Shown one piece after another: positions 1 through 8,378 of a DNA stretch of 10,856 nucleotides. Numbering within the stretch: position 1 is the first letter of the stretch; every line of letters begins with the position of its first letter. The position numbers were made by a program, and so were the translations under genes. Source of the stretch: Myxococcota bacterium (lineage in GTDB: Bacteria > Myxococcota > XYA12-FULL-58-9 > JABJBS01); assembly GCA_036339465.1 (NCBI GenBank), contig JAYZAY010000092.1, positions 1 through 10,856 of the forward strand, read 5' to 3'. The notes under the pieces are model-generated. The model did no database searches. It was not told the origin of the DNA and saw nothing but the letters and a program-made list of their open reading frames with translations.

Positions 1-2
1 AC

Positions 3-971
3 TCGGAAATAGCCGTGATAAATCTGGATGCCCTAACCTACGCGGGAAACCCGAGCAACCACAAAAGCTTAGCCGCCTCTGAATCCAAGCGCCATCACTT
101 CATTCAAGGCAATATCTGCGACAAGCCCTTAGTTTCTCAGCTCTTCGCACAATATTCTATTGATACGGTAATCCATTTAGCCGCGGAAAGTCATGTCGAC
201 CGTTCCATCGACGGCCCCGAAGCGTTCATTCAAACCAATGTCACTGGCACTTTCAATCTACTCGAGGTTGCCAGAGCCACTTGGAAGAAACGTCAAGACG
301 TCCGATTTCACCACGTTTCGACCGATGAAGTTTATGGCTCCCTGGGCGAAACGGGGTACTTTCTTGAAACGACACCCTATGACCCATCCAGCCCCTACAG
401 TGCTGCAAAAGCAGCATCCGACCACTTGGTGAGAGCTTGGGGACGAACATTCAGCTTACCCATTACCATCTCCAATTGCTCAAATAATTATGGCCCCTAT
501 CAATTTCCGGAAAAATTGATTCCACTGATGGTCGTTAGAGCCCTCAAAGGACAATCACTTCCTGTCTATGGCGACGGCAAGAATATCAGAGACTGGCTCT
601 ATGTCCACGACCACTGTGTGGCCATCGACCAAATCGTTCGATACGGGACCCTGGGAGAAACTTACAATGTTGGCGGACACAATGAGTGGACCAACATAGA
701 CATCGTCAGAACCATCTGCAAAATCCTAGACCAGCGTCAACCCAAGTCTGAAAAATATGAAACCCAAATTGAATTCGTTAAGGATCGACCTGGCCATGAC
801 CAACGTTATGCCATCGATGCCTCTAAGCTGAAGGAAAAATTGGGATGGGTCCCCGAAGAAACATTCGAGACGGGCATCCAAAAAACCATAGACTGGTATC
901 TAAGCAACCGTGACTGGATTGAAGAAATTCAAACCGGTCATTATCAAAACGAACGTCTAGGCCTCGAGTAA
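3..971 (+). CDS. rfbB: dTDP-glucose 4,6-dehydratase, 5'-partial (start lies upstream of the window)
   Basis: Motifs [31 protein letters not shown], catalytic YxxxK (PYSAAK), [24 protein letters not shown] and [12 protein letters not shown]. The frame is open from position 3 (SEIAVINLD...) and the N-terminal GGAGFIG NAD-binding motif is missing, so the GTG at 15 is not the true start. Confidence 0.96.
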   Translation, partial: SEIAVINLDALTYAGNPSNHKSLAASESKRHHFIQGNICDKPLVSQLFAQYSIDTVIHLAAESHVDRSIDGPEAFIQTNVTGTFNLLEVARATWKKRQDVRFHHVSTDEVYGSLGETGYFLETTPYDPSSPYSAAKAASDHLVRAWGRTFSLPITISNCSNNYGPYQFPEKLIPLMVVRALKGQSLPVYGDGKNIRDWLYVHDHCVAIDQIVRYGTLGETYNVGGHNEWTNIDIVRTICKILDQRQPKSEKYETQIEFVKDRPGHDQRYAIDASKLKEKLGWVPEETFETGIQKTIDWYLSNRDWIEEIQTGHYQNERLGLE

Positions 972-1037
972 GAGAAACGCAGCATCCAAGGCAAGCCTTC
1001 GAAAACGCTCGTCCATTCAAGAAATCTCCACGATTTA

Positions 1038-1442
1038 TCAACAAAGTCCTAGGATTTCATAAATTTTCGCCACGAGCTGAGTACCGAGTTCCCCCTCACC
1101 GCCATCAAGCTCGGAGCCTTTGGGCTTGGGCATGACCGCGTCCGCTCCATGTTTCTCCGCCGCAGAGCCTATGGGCTTCATAACACCTGAGACAATAGCG
1201 GACAAAACGATGACTTTGCCGGAATATTCGTGGCGGTAATGACGTAAAAAGCCCATGCCATCCCACTCCGGCATTTCCATATCCAGAAGAACCAGATCAG
1301 GAGAAAGGCTAGAAGCGGCCTTTATCGCCTCTGCGCCATCTTTAGCAAAACCGCAAACCTGTAGATTGGGGTCATTGTTTACAATCTCCTCCAACGAGTC
1401 ACGCATCACTTTCGAATCATCCACAATAAGAATCGTCTTCAT
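1038..1442 (-). CDS. Single-domain response regulator, CheB-type receiver without methylesterase domain (134 aa)
   Basis: From the ATG at 1442: ILIVDDS acidic pocket, PDLVLLDMEMP (phospho-Asp D54), VIVLS and GADAVMPKP. The 28 aa that the ORF track adds upstream (to 1526) do not look like receiver sequence. Confidence 0.88.
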   Translation of the reverse strand: MKTILIVDDSKVMRDSLEEIVNNDPNLQVCGFAKDGAEAIKAASSLSPDLVLLDMEMPEWDGMGFLRHYRHEYSGKVIVLSAIVSGVMKPIGSAAEKHGADAVMPKPKGSELDGGEGELGTQLVAKIYEILGLC

Positions 1443-1646
1443 ACCTAAAATTATAGAAACGAACACGTTGCAGCACAAGACCAAGGTGCCCTGATTTTCA
1501 TTTAGTGTCTTTTTATCCAAAAACATCGGTGTATTTTCACTTGTTGCAAAAACTCAGGCCATATTTTTTTCCACCAAAAAAGAGTTTAAAACAAACCTTC
1601 CCCAAAGGTTTCTTCACTTCGAAGTAGAAACCAGCAAAGATATCGC

Positions 1647-1800
1647 TTGCCCACTCTTGAATCCAGCCAGTAGCTTGTAGCCCTATGGCGTCACTTCGGG
1701 CCCGTATCGGAGGAGAAATATTCACCTCAAGACAGGCAAAGAGACTGAAACAGCCTAAGAAAGACCGTATCATCGGTTCGAGGGAGCCCGTTCGACGCCA
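1647..1800. ncRNA. Candidate structured RNA or inverted-repeat element, family unassigned
   Basis: GC-rich intergenic island with long-range complementarity: TGGCGTC 1686-1692 / GACGCCA 1794-1800; CGGGC 1697-1701 / GCCCG 1786-1790; TTGCC 1647-1651 + TCTTGA 1655-1660 / TCAAGA 1727-1732 + GGCAA 1735-1739. Confidence 0.3.
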
Positions 1801-1897
1801 CTCGTTTCTTTCAGAAAGAGTCGTGCTTAAAAAATACAACGACTAAGGTTTGACCTTACTCTAGATATCTAATTTAACTGATTTTTTCGCGCTCCCT

Positions 1898-1925
1898 TTG
1901 CTATTTCGTCATCGTGTAATATCCT
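1898..1925 (+). promoter_or_regulatory. Possible sigma70-type promoter for the NarL-family regulator
   Basis: TTGCTA (1898-1903), 16 nt spacer, TATCCT (1920-1925), about 80 nt before the ATG at 2007. Partial consensus match only. Confidence 0.3.
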
Positions 1926-2006
1926 AAAGAGGTAGGCCGAGGTTAAATAGGAACAAGCCATCAAAGGGTCCAATTTTATCTCAGATACCGTGAAGGGAAT
2001 ATTTAA

Positions 2007-2672
2007 ATGCAAGAGCCGCTGACCGATATCTGTAACGTTATGTTGGTGGATGACCATCCTGTCTTTCGCTTGGGCCTAAGAAAACTCCTCGACGACCAAC
2101 CAGACATCCACGTTCAATCGGAAACAGAGACAAGCCAGGAAGCTTTAGAGCTGCTTAAGGAAGAAGCTGTGGATCTTCTAATTGCGGATCTCTCCCTACC
2201 GGAAGCCAGTGGGCTCGATTTAATCAAGAAAGTCCGGGCCACCTATCCGGGCCTCCCAGTCCTAGTCATTTCCATGCATGACGAAAACCTTTTTGCTGAG
2301 CGATCCCTCAAAGCTGGTGCGCACGGATTCGTCATGAAGACTGAAGCCCCCAAGAAAATTTTAGAAGCAATTCGAAAAACAGTGAAAAGCGAGATCGTCC
2401 TCAGTAAAAAACAATCACAATTCATACTCACTAAAGCCCTCCAGGGTGAGGCCCCCAAAGAACAAGCATCCCAGTTAGGGGTTCTGAGCGATCGGGAGCT
2501 CGAAGTCTTTGAAAAGCTTGGCCAGGGTAAGATGACCAAAGAGATTGCCAAAATGCTGCACATTAGTGTCAAAACCGTCGAAACCCACCAAAGCCACATT
2601 AAGAAGAAATTGAATCTCTCAAACTACAATGAGCTATTGCGCGCTGCAGTGGCCTGGGCAACCAAGCTCTAA
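2007..2672 (+). CDS. NarL/FixJ-family DNA-binding response regulator (REC + LuxR-type HTH)
   Basis: VMLVDDHPVFRLGL, LLIADLSLP, VISMH, GAHGFVMK, and C-terminal LSDRELEVF...G...KEIA..LHISVKTVETH. Purine-rich AAGGGA upstream of the ATG. Confidence 0.95.
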   Translation: MQEPLTDICNVMLVDDHPVFRLGLRKLLDDQPDIHVQSETETSQEALELLKEEAVDLLIADLSLPEASGLDLIKKVRATYPGLPVLVISMHDENLFAERSLKAGAHGFVMKTEAPKKILEAIRKTVKSEIVLSKKQSQFILTKALQGEAPKEQASQLGVLSDRELEVFEKLGQGKMTKEIAKMLHISVKTVETHQSHIKKKLNLSNYNELLRAAVAWATKL

Positions 2673-2757
2673 TCCTCTTCCAACACGCGCCATAAAACCA
2701 ACCAACGCATCGGCGACAAGAGTTGACTCCCCTGAGATAGCCGGTTATCGAGCTTCA

Positions 2758-3417
2758 ATGAGCATCGGCGACTCAAAACAGGTACAATCCAGTCAAAATC
2801 AGGTGCACGAAAACCTCATCGATGTCGTCAATCACCACCGAAAGACAAATTTTCGCAAGCCGATTGCCAAACATACTGAAACCGCATTTGACCAAGTCAA
2901 AACCCGCCTGAAAAACCCTGGAGAGGGATTTATTTTGGATTCTGGATGTGGGGTGGGACTGTCTTCCATTCAAATTGCTCAAACACATCCCAAACACCTG
3001 GTTCTTGGCATAGACCGTTCGGCACACAGACTGAGTAAGATCCCCACCGAAATTGAAATCCCATCCAATGTCATTTTCTTGAGAGCAGATCTTGTAGACT
3101 TCTGGCGACTTCTGGTTCAGAATCAAATCATCCCCAAAAAACACTACCTCCTCTACCCCAACCCCTACCCCAAAAAGCGACAATTTAAGCAAAGATGGCA
3201 CGGCCACCCCATCTGTCCAACCCTCATGGCCCTAAGTCCCCATCTAGAACTTCGAACCAACTGGAAAATCTACGCCGAGGAATTTTCCCTCACCCTTCAC
3301 CTATTCAACAAGCCACACCGACTCGAACTACTGAGCCCCCAGATCCCCCTCACTCAATTTGAGCGAAAATACCATTCCAGTGGGCACGCTCTTTGGCGTA
3401 TTATGGCCCCAACCTAG
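2758..3417 (+). CDS. TrmB-like SAM-dependent methyltransferase (tRNA m7G46 methyltransferase family, divergent)
   Basis: Motif I ILDSGCGVG, LGIDRS, LLYPNPYPKKR (cf. TrmB FPDPWPKxRH), ELRTNW (cf. xTD) and TQFERKY (cf. TxFExK). Start moved to the ATG at 2758 because the ORF-track start at 2629 overlaps the upstream gene. Confidence 0.82.
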   Translation: MSIGDSKQVQSSQNQVHENLIDVVNHHRKTNFRKPIAKHTETAFDQVKTRLKNPGEGFILDSGCGVGLSSIQIAQTHPKHLVLGIDRSAHRLSKIPTEIEIPSNVIFLRADLVDFWRLLVQNQIIPKKHYLLYPNPYPKKRQFKQRWHGHPICPTLMALSPHLELRTNWKIYAEEFSLTLHLFNKPHRLELLSPQIPLTQFERKYHSSGHALWRIMAPT

Positions 3418-3463
3418 GGGTGCCAGGAGATGAGGAAAGAGAACAAAGCTTCCCACAAACGCA

Positions 3464-4381
3464 ATGACTGAAACCTTTGAGCATATATCCGTTCTCCAAA
3501 ACGAGATCACCCACTTTTTCGTGGAATACGCACCGAAAGTCGTCGTAGATTGTACCCTTGGCGGTGCCGGACACACCCAGAAAATCCTAGAGAACCTTCC
3601 GAATTGCCATTTAATCGGCATCGACCAAGATCCAACCGCCATAGAAGTTGCGAAACAACGACTTGCAGCCTTCGAAAGCAGGGTCCAGCTGGTTCACGGC
3701 TCCTTCATAAACATCAAAGAGCACCTCCAAGCCCTGGGCATTGAGAAGGTCGACGGTATTCTAGCTGACCTAGGCGTCTCCTCTCATCAGTTGGATACAC
3801 CTAATCGCGGATTTTCATTTCGAGAAAATGGCCCATTGGACATGCGCATGGACCCCACCCAGGGCCATCCCGCGACCTGGTACCTCGAAAACCTCAGCGC
3901 TGAAGACCTAGCAAATGGTATTTGGGAATTTGGAGAAGAGAGATATTCGAGAAAAATTGCCCGGGCTTTGATTCAAGATCAGCCCCAAACCACCCTGGAG
4001 GCAGCTCAACTTATCGCTAGGATTATTCCACGAACCAAAAAAGGCATTCATCCCGCCACAAGAACATTCCAAGGCCTAAGAATCATGGTCAACAGAGAAC
4101 TCGATGCCCTTCAAAGCTTACTAAACGACCTGCCAGACATTCTTAATCCCGGTGGACTTGCTGCAATGATTAGTTTCCATTCCCTTGAAGACCGGCTGGT
4201 AAAACGCGCCTTTAAGCCCTTGCCAAAAGACGACGGAAATCCGTTCATGAATCCAATTCAAGAGCCACACCAATTCAAGATTCTCACAAAGAAACCCATG
4301 GTTGCCAATTCCAAGGAAACTTCGACCAATATTCGTAGTCGCAGTGCCAAACTACGCGTTGCCTTAAGAACAGACGCATGA
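3464..4381 (+). CDS. rsmH: 16S rRNA (cytosine1402-N4)-methyltransferase RsmH/MraW
   Basis: HISVL, VDCTLGGAGHT, DLGVSSHQLD, RGFSF, PLDMRMD, FGEERYSRKIA, HPATRTFQGLRIMVNREL, ISFHSLEDRLVK and RSRSAKLR. Confidence 0.97.
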   Translation: MTETFEHISVLQNEITHFFVEYAPKVVVDCTLGGAGHTQKILENLPNCHLIGIDQDPTAIEVAKQRLAAFESRVQLVHGSFINIKEHLQALGIEKVDGILADLGVSSHQLDTPNRGFSFRENGPLDMRMDPTQGHPATWYLENLSAEDLANGIWEFGEERYSRKIARALIQDQPQTTLEAAQLIARIIPRTKKGIHPATRTFQGLRIMVNRELDALQSLLNDLPDILNPGGLAAMISFHSLEDRLVKRAFKPLPKDDGNPFMNPIQEPHQFKILTKKPMVANSKETSTNIRSRSAKLRVALRTDA

Positions 4382-4409
4382 TTGAATTCGAGTAAACTTT
4401 ATAGATAAT
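4382..4409 (+). promoter_or_regulatory. Possible sigma70-type promoter for glpD
   Basis: TTGAAT (4382-4387), 16 nt spacer, GATAAT (4404-4409) in the AT-rich gap after the rsmH stop. Confidence 0.3.
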
Positions 4410-4470
4410 TCCCCCACTCACGACCACCCCAGTCTTCGTGGCAATATTATTGGAGTTCAGGTTCAGGAAA

Positions 4471-6084
4471 ATGATGGATAGGCAGAAACACATTCAAGCC
4501 GTGATTGAGAAAATCGCCCCCTGGGACATCGTCGTCATAGGAGGAGGCGCCACAGGTTTAGGCGCTGCCCTTGAATCTGCTTCACGAGGTTACCAAACCC
4601 TACTTCTTGAACAATGCGACTTCGCCAAAGGAACGAGCAGCCGGAGCACCAAACTTGTCCACGGCGGGGTTCGATATCTACGACAAGGAAATATCTCGCT
4701 CGTGGTTGAAGCACTTCGAGAGCGAGGTCGTATGAAACAAAATGCGCCCCATCTAGTACGAGATCTCGCGTTTATCGTCCCGAACTACGACTGGTGGGAA
4801 GGACCATTCTACGGCATCGGATTAAAAATTTACGATATACTTGCCGGAAAAATGGGCTTAGGACCATCCACCTGGATGTCAAAAGACAAGACAATGGAAG
4901 CAATCCCCACCATTGAAAAAATCGGGTTAAAAGGTGGTATACAATACTTTGATGGACAATTTGATGATGCCCGCCTCGCTATCAACATCGCCCAGACCTT
5001 TGCTGAGCAAGGGGGCACACTCCTAAACTATGCCAAAGCCGTCGATCTGCACAAGGATCCTGAGACGGGTCTGATAACCGGACTGACCTTCATCGACCAG
5101 GAAACCAACTCAACACACAAAATCTCAGCAAAAGCTGTGGTCAATGCAACGGGTGTTTTCTCAGATAGCATTCGACAAATCGATGACCCCGACGCCAAAA
5201 GACTGGTGATGCCCAGTCAAGGTGTTCATATTGTTTTAGACCAAAGTTTCTTGCCCGGTAACACCGCCATTATGGTTCCAGAAACCGACGATGGTCGGGT
5301 TCTATTCGCTATCCCATGGCATAATAGAACGATTGTTGGTACCACTGACACCCTCCTTGAACAAGCTTCCTTGGAACCACTTCCATTTGTGGATGAAGTG
5401 GAATTTCTCTTAGAACATGCATCTCGCTATTTAAACCGAAACGTAACCCATTCAGATGTGTTAAGTGTCTTTGCTGGCCTCCGCCCACTGGTCACAAGCG
5501 AACATTCCGATTCTTCGGCGGTATCTCGCGATCACAACCTTTTTATTGCTCGGTCAGGACTTGTCACCATCACAGGAGGCAAATGGACAACATATCGAAA
5601 AATGGGTGAAGATACGATCGATCAAGCCGCAAGCCTAGCTGGCCTTGATGAAAAAGAGTCTGTTACCAAAGACCTACCGATACATGGCGCAAAAAGCGAA
5701 CAATCCCTCGATTTCACCGATCCCTTAAGCCTCTACGGAAGTGATGCCCCCAAATTGAAAGCCCTCAGCAATGAAGATCCCAACCTTCAAAACCAAGTTC
5801 ACCCTAACTTACCCATCACATTCGCACAGATCGTTTGGGCTGTCCGTCATGAAATGGCCAGAACGCTCGACGACGTCCTCGCCAGGCGTACGCGGGCAAT
5901 TCTCTTCGACGCCAAGGCCTCTTTAGAGGTGGCGCCGCAAATTGCAGAACTTATGGCGAGAGAACTCGGACAAGATCAAAGCTGGATCGATTCTCAAATA
6001 AAAATATTCGGAGAACTTGTAGAAGGCTATATTCTTAGAGACGACTGGAAACTTAGACTTCCAACCCGACTCTCTCAATTATAA
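4471..6084 (+). CDS. glpD: FAD-dependent glycerol-3-phosphate dehydrogenase/oxidase
   Basis: DIVVIGGGATGLG FAD motif, DFAKGTSSRSTKLVHGGVRYL, DGQFDDARL, NATGVFSD, GTTD, FAGLRPL, SRDH, ITGGKWTTYRKM and LARRTR. Likely start at ATG 4471 or 4474, after CAGGAAA. Confidence 0.95.
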   Translation: MMDRQKHIQAVIEKIAPWDIVVIGGGATGLGAALESASRGYQTLLLEQCDFAKGTSSRSTKLVHGGVRYLRQGNISLVVEALRERGRMKQNAPHLVRDLAFIVPNYDWWEGPFYGIGLKIYDILAGKMGLGPSTWMSKDKTMEAIPTIEKIGLKGGIQYFDGQFDDARLAINIAQTFAEQGGTLLNYAKAVDLHKDPETGLITGLTFIDQETNSTHKISAKAVVNATGVFSDSIRQIDDPDAKRLVMPSQGVHIVLDQSFLPGNTAIMVPETDDGRVLFAIPWHNRTIVGTTDTLLEQASLEPLPFVDEVEFLLEHASRYLNRNVTHSDVLSVFAGLRPLVTSEHSDSSAVSRDHNLFIARSGLVTITGGKWTTYRKMGEDTIDQAASLAGLDEKESVTKDLPIHGAKSEQSLDFTDPLSLYGSDAPKLKALSNEDPNLQNQVHPNLPITFAQIVWAVRHEMARTLDDVLARRTRAILFDAKASLEVAPQIAELMARELGQDQSWIDSQIKIFGELVEGYILRDDWKLRLPTRLSQL

Positions 6085-6097
6085 AAACAAATCGCCC

Positions 6098-6511
6098 CTA
6101 GCCCGCAAACGACATTTCCAAAAGAACTTCTGTCTCCGTACTAAGGCTCAACTTAACGGGGCAATTAAGCGCGACATCACGCATCTCGGCAACAGTTGCT
6201 GCCTCAAAACATCGCCCGAATTGTAGTTCAATATCCAGTCGGGCCACCCGCCGTGGTCGCTCTGAAGTCATATGCTTAAACGTCCGATATTCAACTTTTC
6301 CCAAATCCATCCCCTTCTCACTCGCCCAAAGAGACAAAATCGTGACCATACATGCGCCTGTTGCTGTCGCCAATAAATCGGTCGGTGAGAAATGTTCACC
6401 GGTTCCGCCGTTGTCTTTAGGAGCAGTTGTATAAATGACATCTTCACTGGGGCCATGACGATGTCTCATATCAAGTCCTGATTTCCGTATACCTGTAATT
6501 TCTACCGCCAT
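6098..6511 (-). CDS. OsmC/Ohr-family protein (OsmC-like)
   Basis: APKDNGGTGEHFSPTDLLATATGAC (first Cys) and NCPVKLSL (second Cys), 137 aa. AAGGGA upstream on the minus strand. Confidence 0.9.
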   Translation of the reverse strand: MAVEITGIRKSGLDMRHRHGPSEDVIYTTAPKDNGGTGEHFSPTDLLATATGACMVTILSLWASEKGMDLGKVEYRTFKHMTSERPRRVARLDIELQFGRCFEAATVAEMRDVALNCPVKLSLSTETEVLLEMSFAG

Positions 6512-6656
6512 GAACGTTTTCCCTTCTTGAAAATTAGAGACTAGAAATCACCCTAATCCTATTTCAGTCAGTCCGCCATAAACTCAGTATCTAGTTTCAA
6601 TAATATTTTGCATTAGGTTGACATAGATTACTCACCATGTCTTCATTCTCTCAACA

Positions 6657-8378
6657 ATGGTATCGCACACACGACCCGAAGCAGTAGATGCAGCCAATGC
6701 TATAAAAAGCCAGTTTGAAAAGTTCCAATCCAATTTCGTAAGACTAACGTGCTCAGCGACGGACCATTTTGAAAATTCCACATCGGCCCAAACCCACCTA
6801 GTCGCAGTGAAGCGACTTGAACTATATGAAAAAACAATCGCAACCACCCTGAGCCAAATGGCCATCGTTCTTGAGGGTAGTTTAACGAACACGAAACTAT
6901 GGTACGAAATTAGAGAGCATTATCTTCAACTCATCGAAATCCGCTATGACAGGGAATTGGCACAAACATTTTTTAATTCCGTGGTTCGAAAATTTTTCCT
7001 GCAAACAGGTATTGACGAAGGTTTAGAGTTCGTCGATGCCGACTTCGATTTTCAAGAAAGAACAACCGAGCAAAACACTTTTTGGACCTTTGAATTTAAA
7101 CAAAACACAAGTTCAATACTTCGAGAGATGATCGATCTCTATCAATTTAAACTTCCCTGCGAAATCTCAAGTTGGCAACAAAGCTCTATCGAAAAACAAA
7201 TTGAAAACATTATAGAAAAACATGGTTCGATAGGTGCGCCCGCTCAAATCGAAATGCTTAATAGCCCCTTTTATCGAGATGGAGGAGCTTATCTCATAGG
7301 ACGCTTAAGGCAAGGCAGCAATATCTATGTACCCTTCATACTCTCTTTGCGGAATCGAAACAGACAAATCCAGATTGACGCAATTATCCTTAATGAAAAT
7401 CTGGCGAGTATTCTATTCAGTTTCGCTCATTCATATTTTTTCGTCAACATTCCACATTACCGCCACTTAATAAAATTCCTAAAAAGCTTCTTACCGCGTA
7501 AGAGAATCGATGAATTATACGCATCCATCGGACACCACAAGCACGCCAAAACAGAGCTCCTCAGAATTCTTCGGTGGCATCTGGCACGAAGCAAAGACCA
7601 ATTTGTTAGGGCTCCCGGACAACCAGGAATGGTCATGGTTGTTTTTACACTGCCTTCATTTGATCTCGTCTTTAAGTTGATACGAGACAAATTTTCCCCC
7701 CCAAAAAGAGGGACGCATGCAAAGGTATCCGAGAAGTATGAACTCGTATTTAAGCATGACCGGGTCGGAAGATTGGTCGATGCACAAGAATTCAGAAATC
7801 TCGAATTCCGACGCGATAAGTTCTCCCCCAAGCTTCTTGAACACTTATTGGAGTTGGCCCCCAGCATCGTAAAAGTAAAAAACAATGTCGTTCATTTAAT
7901 ACACGTCTACACTGAGCGTCGAGTAACACCTCTGGATATCTACGTAAAAACTCAGCCATTTGATAAAGTGAGAGCGGCAATCCTTGATTATGGGGCCGCA
8001 ATTAAGGAGCTCGCCGCAGCCAATATTTTCCCAGGCGATCTCTTCCTCAAGAATTTCGGCGTCACCCGACATGGGCGCGTTGTTTTCTATGATTATGATG
8101 AATTATGCCTGATCACTGAATGTTGTTTCCGCCGTATTCCTCCCCCAAGGTATGATTTTGAAGAACTCGAACCGGAACCTTGGTTTAGGGTTCAAGAAAA
8201 TGATGTTTTTCCTGAGGAATTTCAGAGTTTTATAGGAATACCCCTTGGTCACCGGGAAATATTCCAATCAACCCATGGCGACCTCTTCACGGCTGAATTT
8301 TGGAAAAACCTTAAGGAAGCACATGAGGAGGGGAAACATTTCGAAATCTTCCCATACCCAAATGCCAGCAAGCTCTAA
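6657..8378 (+). CDS. aceK: Bifunctional isocitrate dehydrogenase kinase/phosphatase
   Basis: ELAQTFFNSV, AYLIGR, FSFAHSYF, ATP-site APGQPGMVMVVFTLPSFDLVFKLIRDKF, HDRVGRLVDAQEF, NIFPGDLFLKNFGVTRHGRVVFYDYDEL, DVFPEEF and FPY near the C-terminus; 573 aa is full length for AceK. Confidence 0.96.
   Translation: MVSHTRPEAVDAANAIKSQFEKFQSNFVRLTCSATDHFENSTSAQTHLVAVKRLELYEKTIATTLSQMAIVLEGSLTNTKLWYEIREHYLQLIEIRYDRELAQTFFNSVVRKFFLQTGIDEGLEFVDADFDFQERTTEQNTFWTFEFKQNTSSILREMIDLYQFKLPCEISSWQQSSIEKQIENIIEKHGSIGAPAQIEMLNSPFYRDGGAYLIGRLRQGSNIYVPFILSLRNRNRQIQIDAIILNENLASILFSFAHSYFFVNIPHYRHLIKFLKSFLPRKRIDELYASIGHHKHAKTELLRILRWHLARSKDQFVRAPGQPGMVMVVFTLPSFDLVFKLIRDKFSPPKRGTHAKVSEKYELVFKHDRVGRLVDAQEFRNLEFRRDKFSPKLLEHLLELAPSIVKVKNNVVHLIHVYTERRVTPLDIYVKTQPFDKVRAAILDYGAAIKELAAANIFPGDLFLKNFGVTRHGRVVFYDYDELCLITECCFRRIPPPRYDFEELEPEPWFRVQENDVFPEEFQSFIGIPLGHREIFQSTHGDLFTAEFWKNLKEAHEEGKHFEIFPYPNASKL

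Noticed and set aside
1710..1760. Resemblance to the glycine riboswitch (GGAGA...CAGGCAAA), c-di-GMP-I (GGCAAA...GAAA) or SRP helix 8 (CAGG...GAGA...ACAGC)
   Set aside because: Core elements are missing: no CCGAAG or CUCUCAGG, no GACGCAAA, and no paired stem around the tetraloop or AGCAG.
1630..1815. 6S RNA on the minus strand (CCCTCGAACCGAT ... GGATTCAAGAG)
   Set aside because: Only loose similarity, and the required long closing stem pairs poorly by eye. A covariance-model search is needed before any call.
1765..1830. tRNA-like GGTTCGA...CCA and SAM-I-like GAGGGA-GCCC
   Set aside because: The T-stem cannot pair and no cloverleaf forms; the SAM-I GCAACC and GGUGC elements are absent.
1537..1839. 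100-aa minus-strand ORF in the intergenic region
   Set aside because: No recognisable motif or RBS, a non-ATG start, and it runs through hairpins and T/A tracts. Probably spurious, though not excluded.
2629..2757. N-terminal extension of the TrmB-like ORF (likewise the extensions at 1443-1526, 4438-4470 and 10234-10401)
   Set aside because: These extensions overlap neighbouring genes or lack family similarity; the internal ATGs fit the domain starts better.
4414..4427. GTGG-N6-GTGG on the minus strand, like an MraZ box near rsmH
   Set aside because: Only two copies, located downstream of rsmH and in the opposite orientation; MraZ boxes are usually three or more repeats upstream of mraZ.
6618..6650. 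Perfect TTGACA upstream of aceK
   Set aside because: No acceptable -10 hexamer at 16-18 nt spacing.
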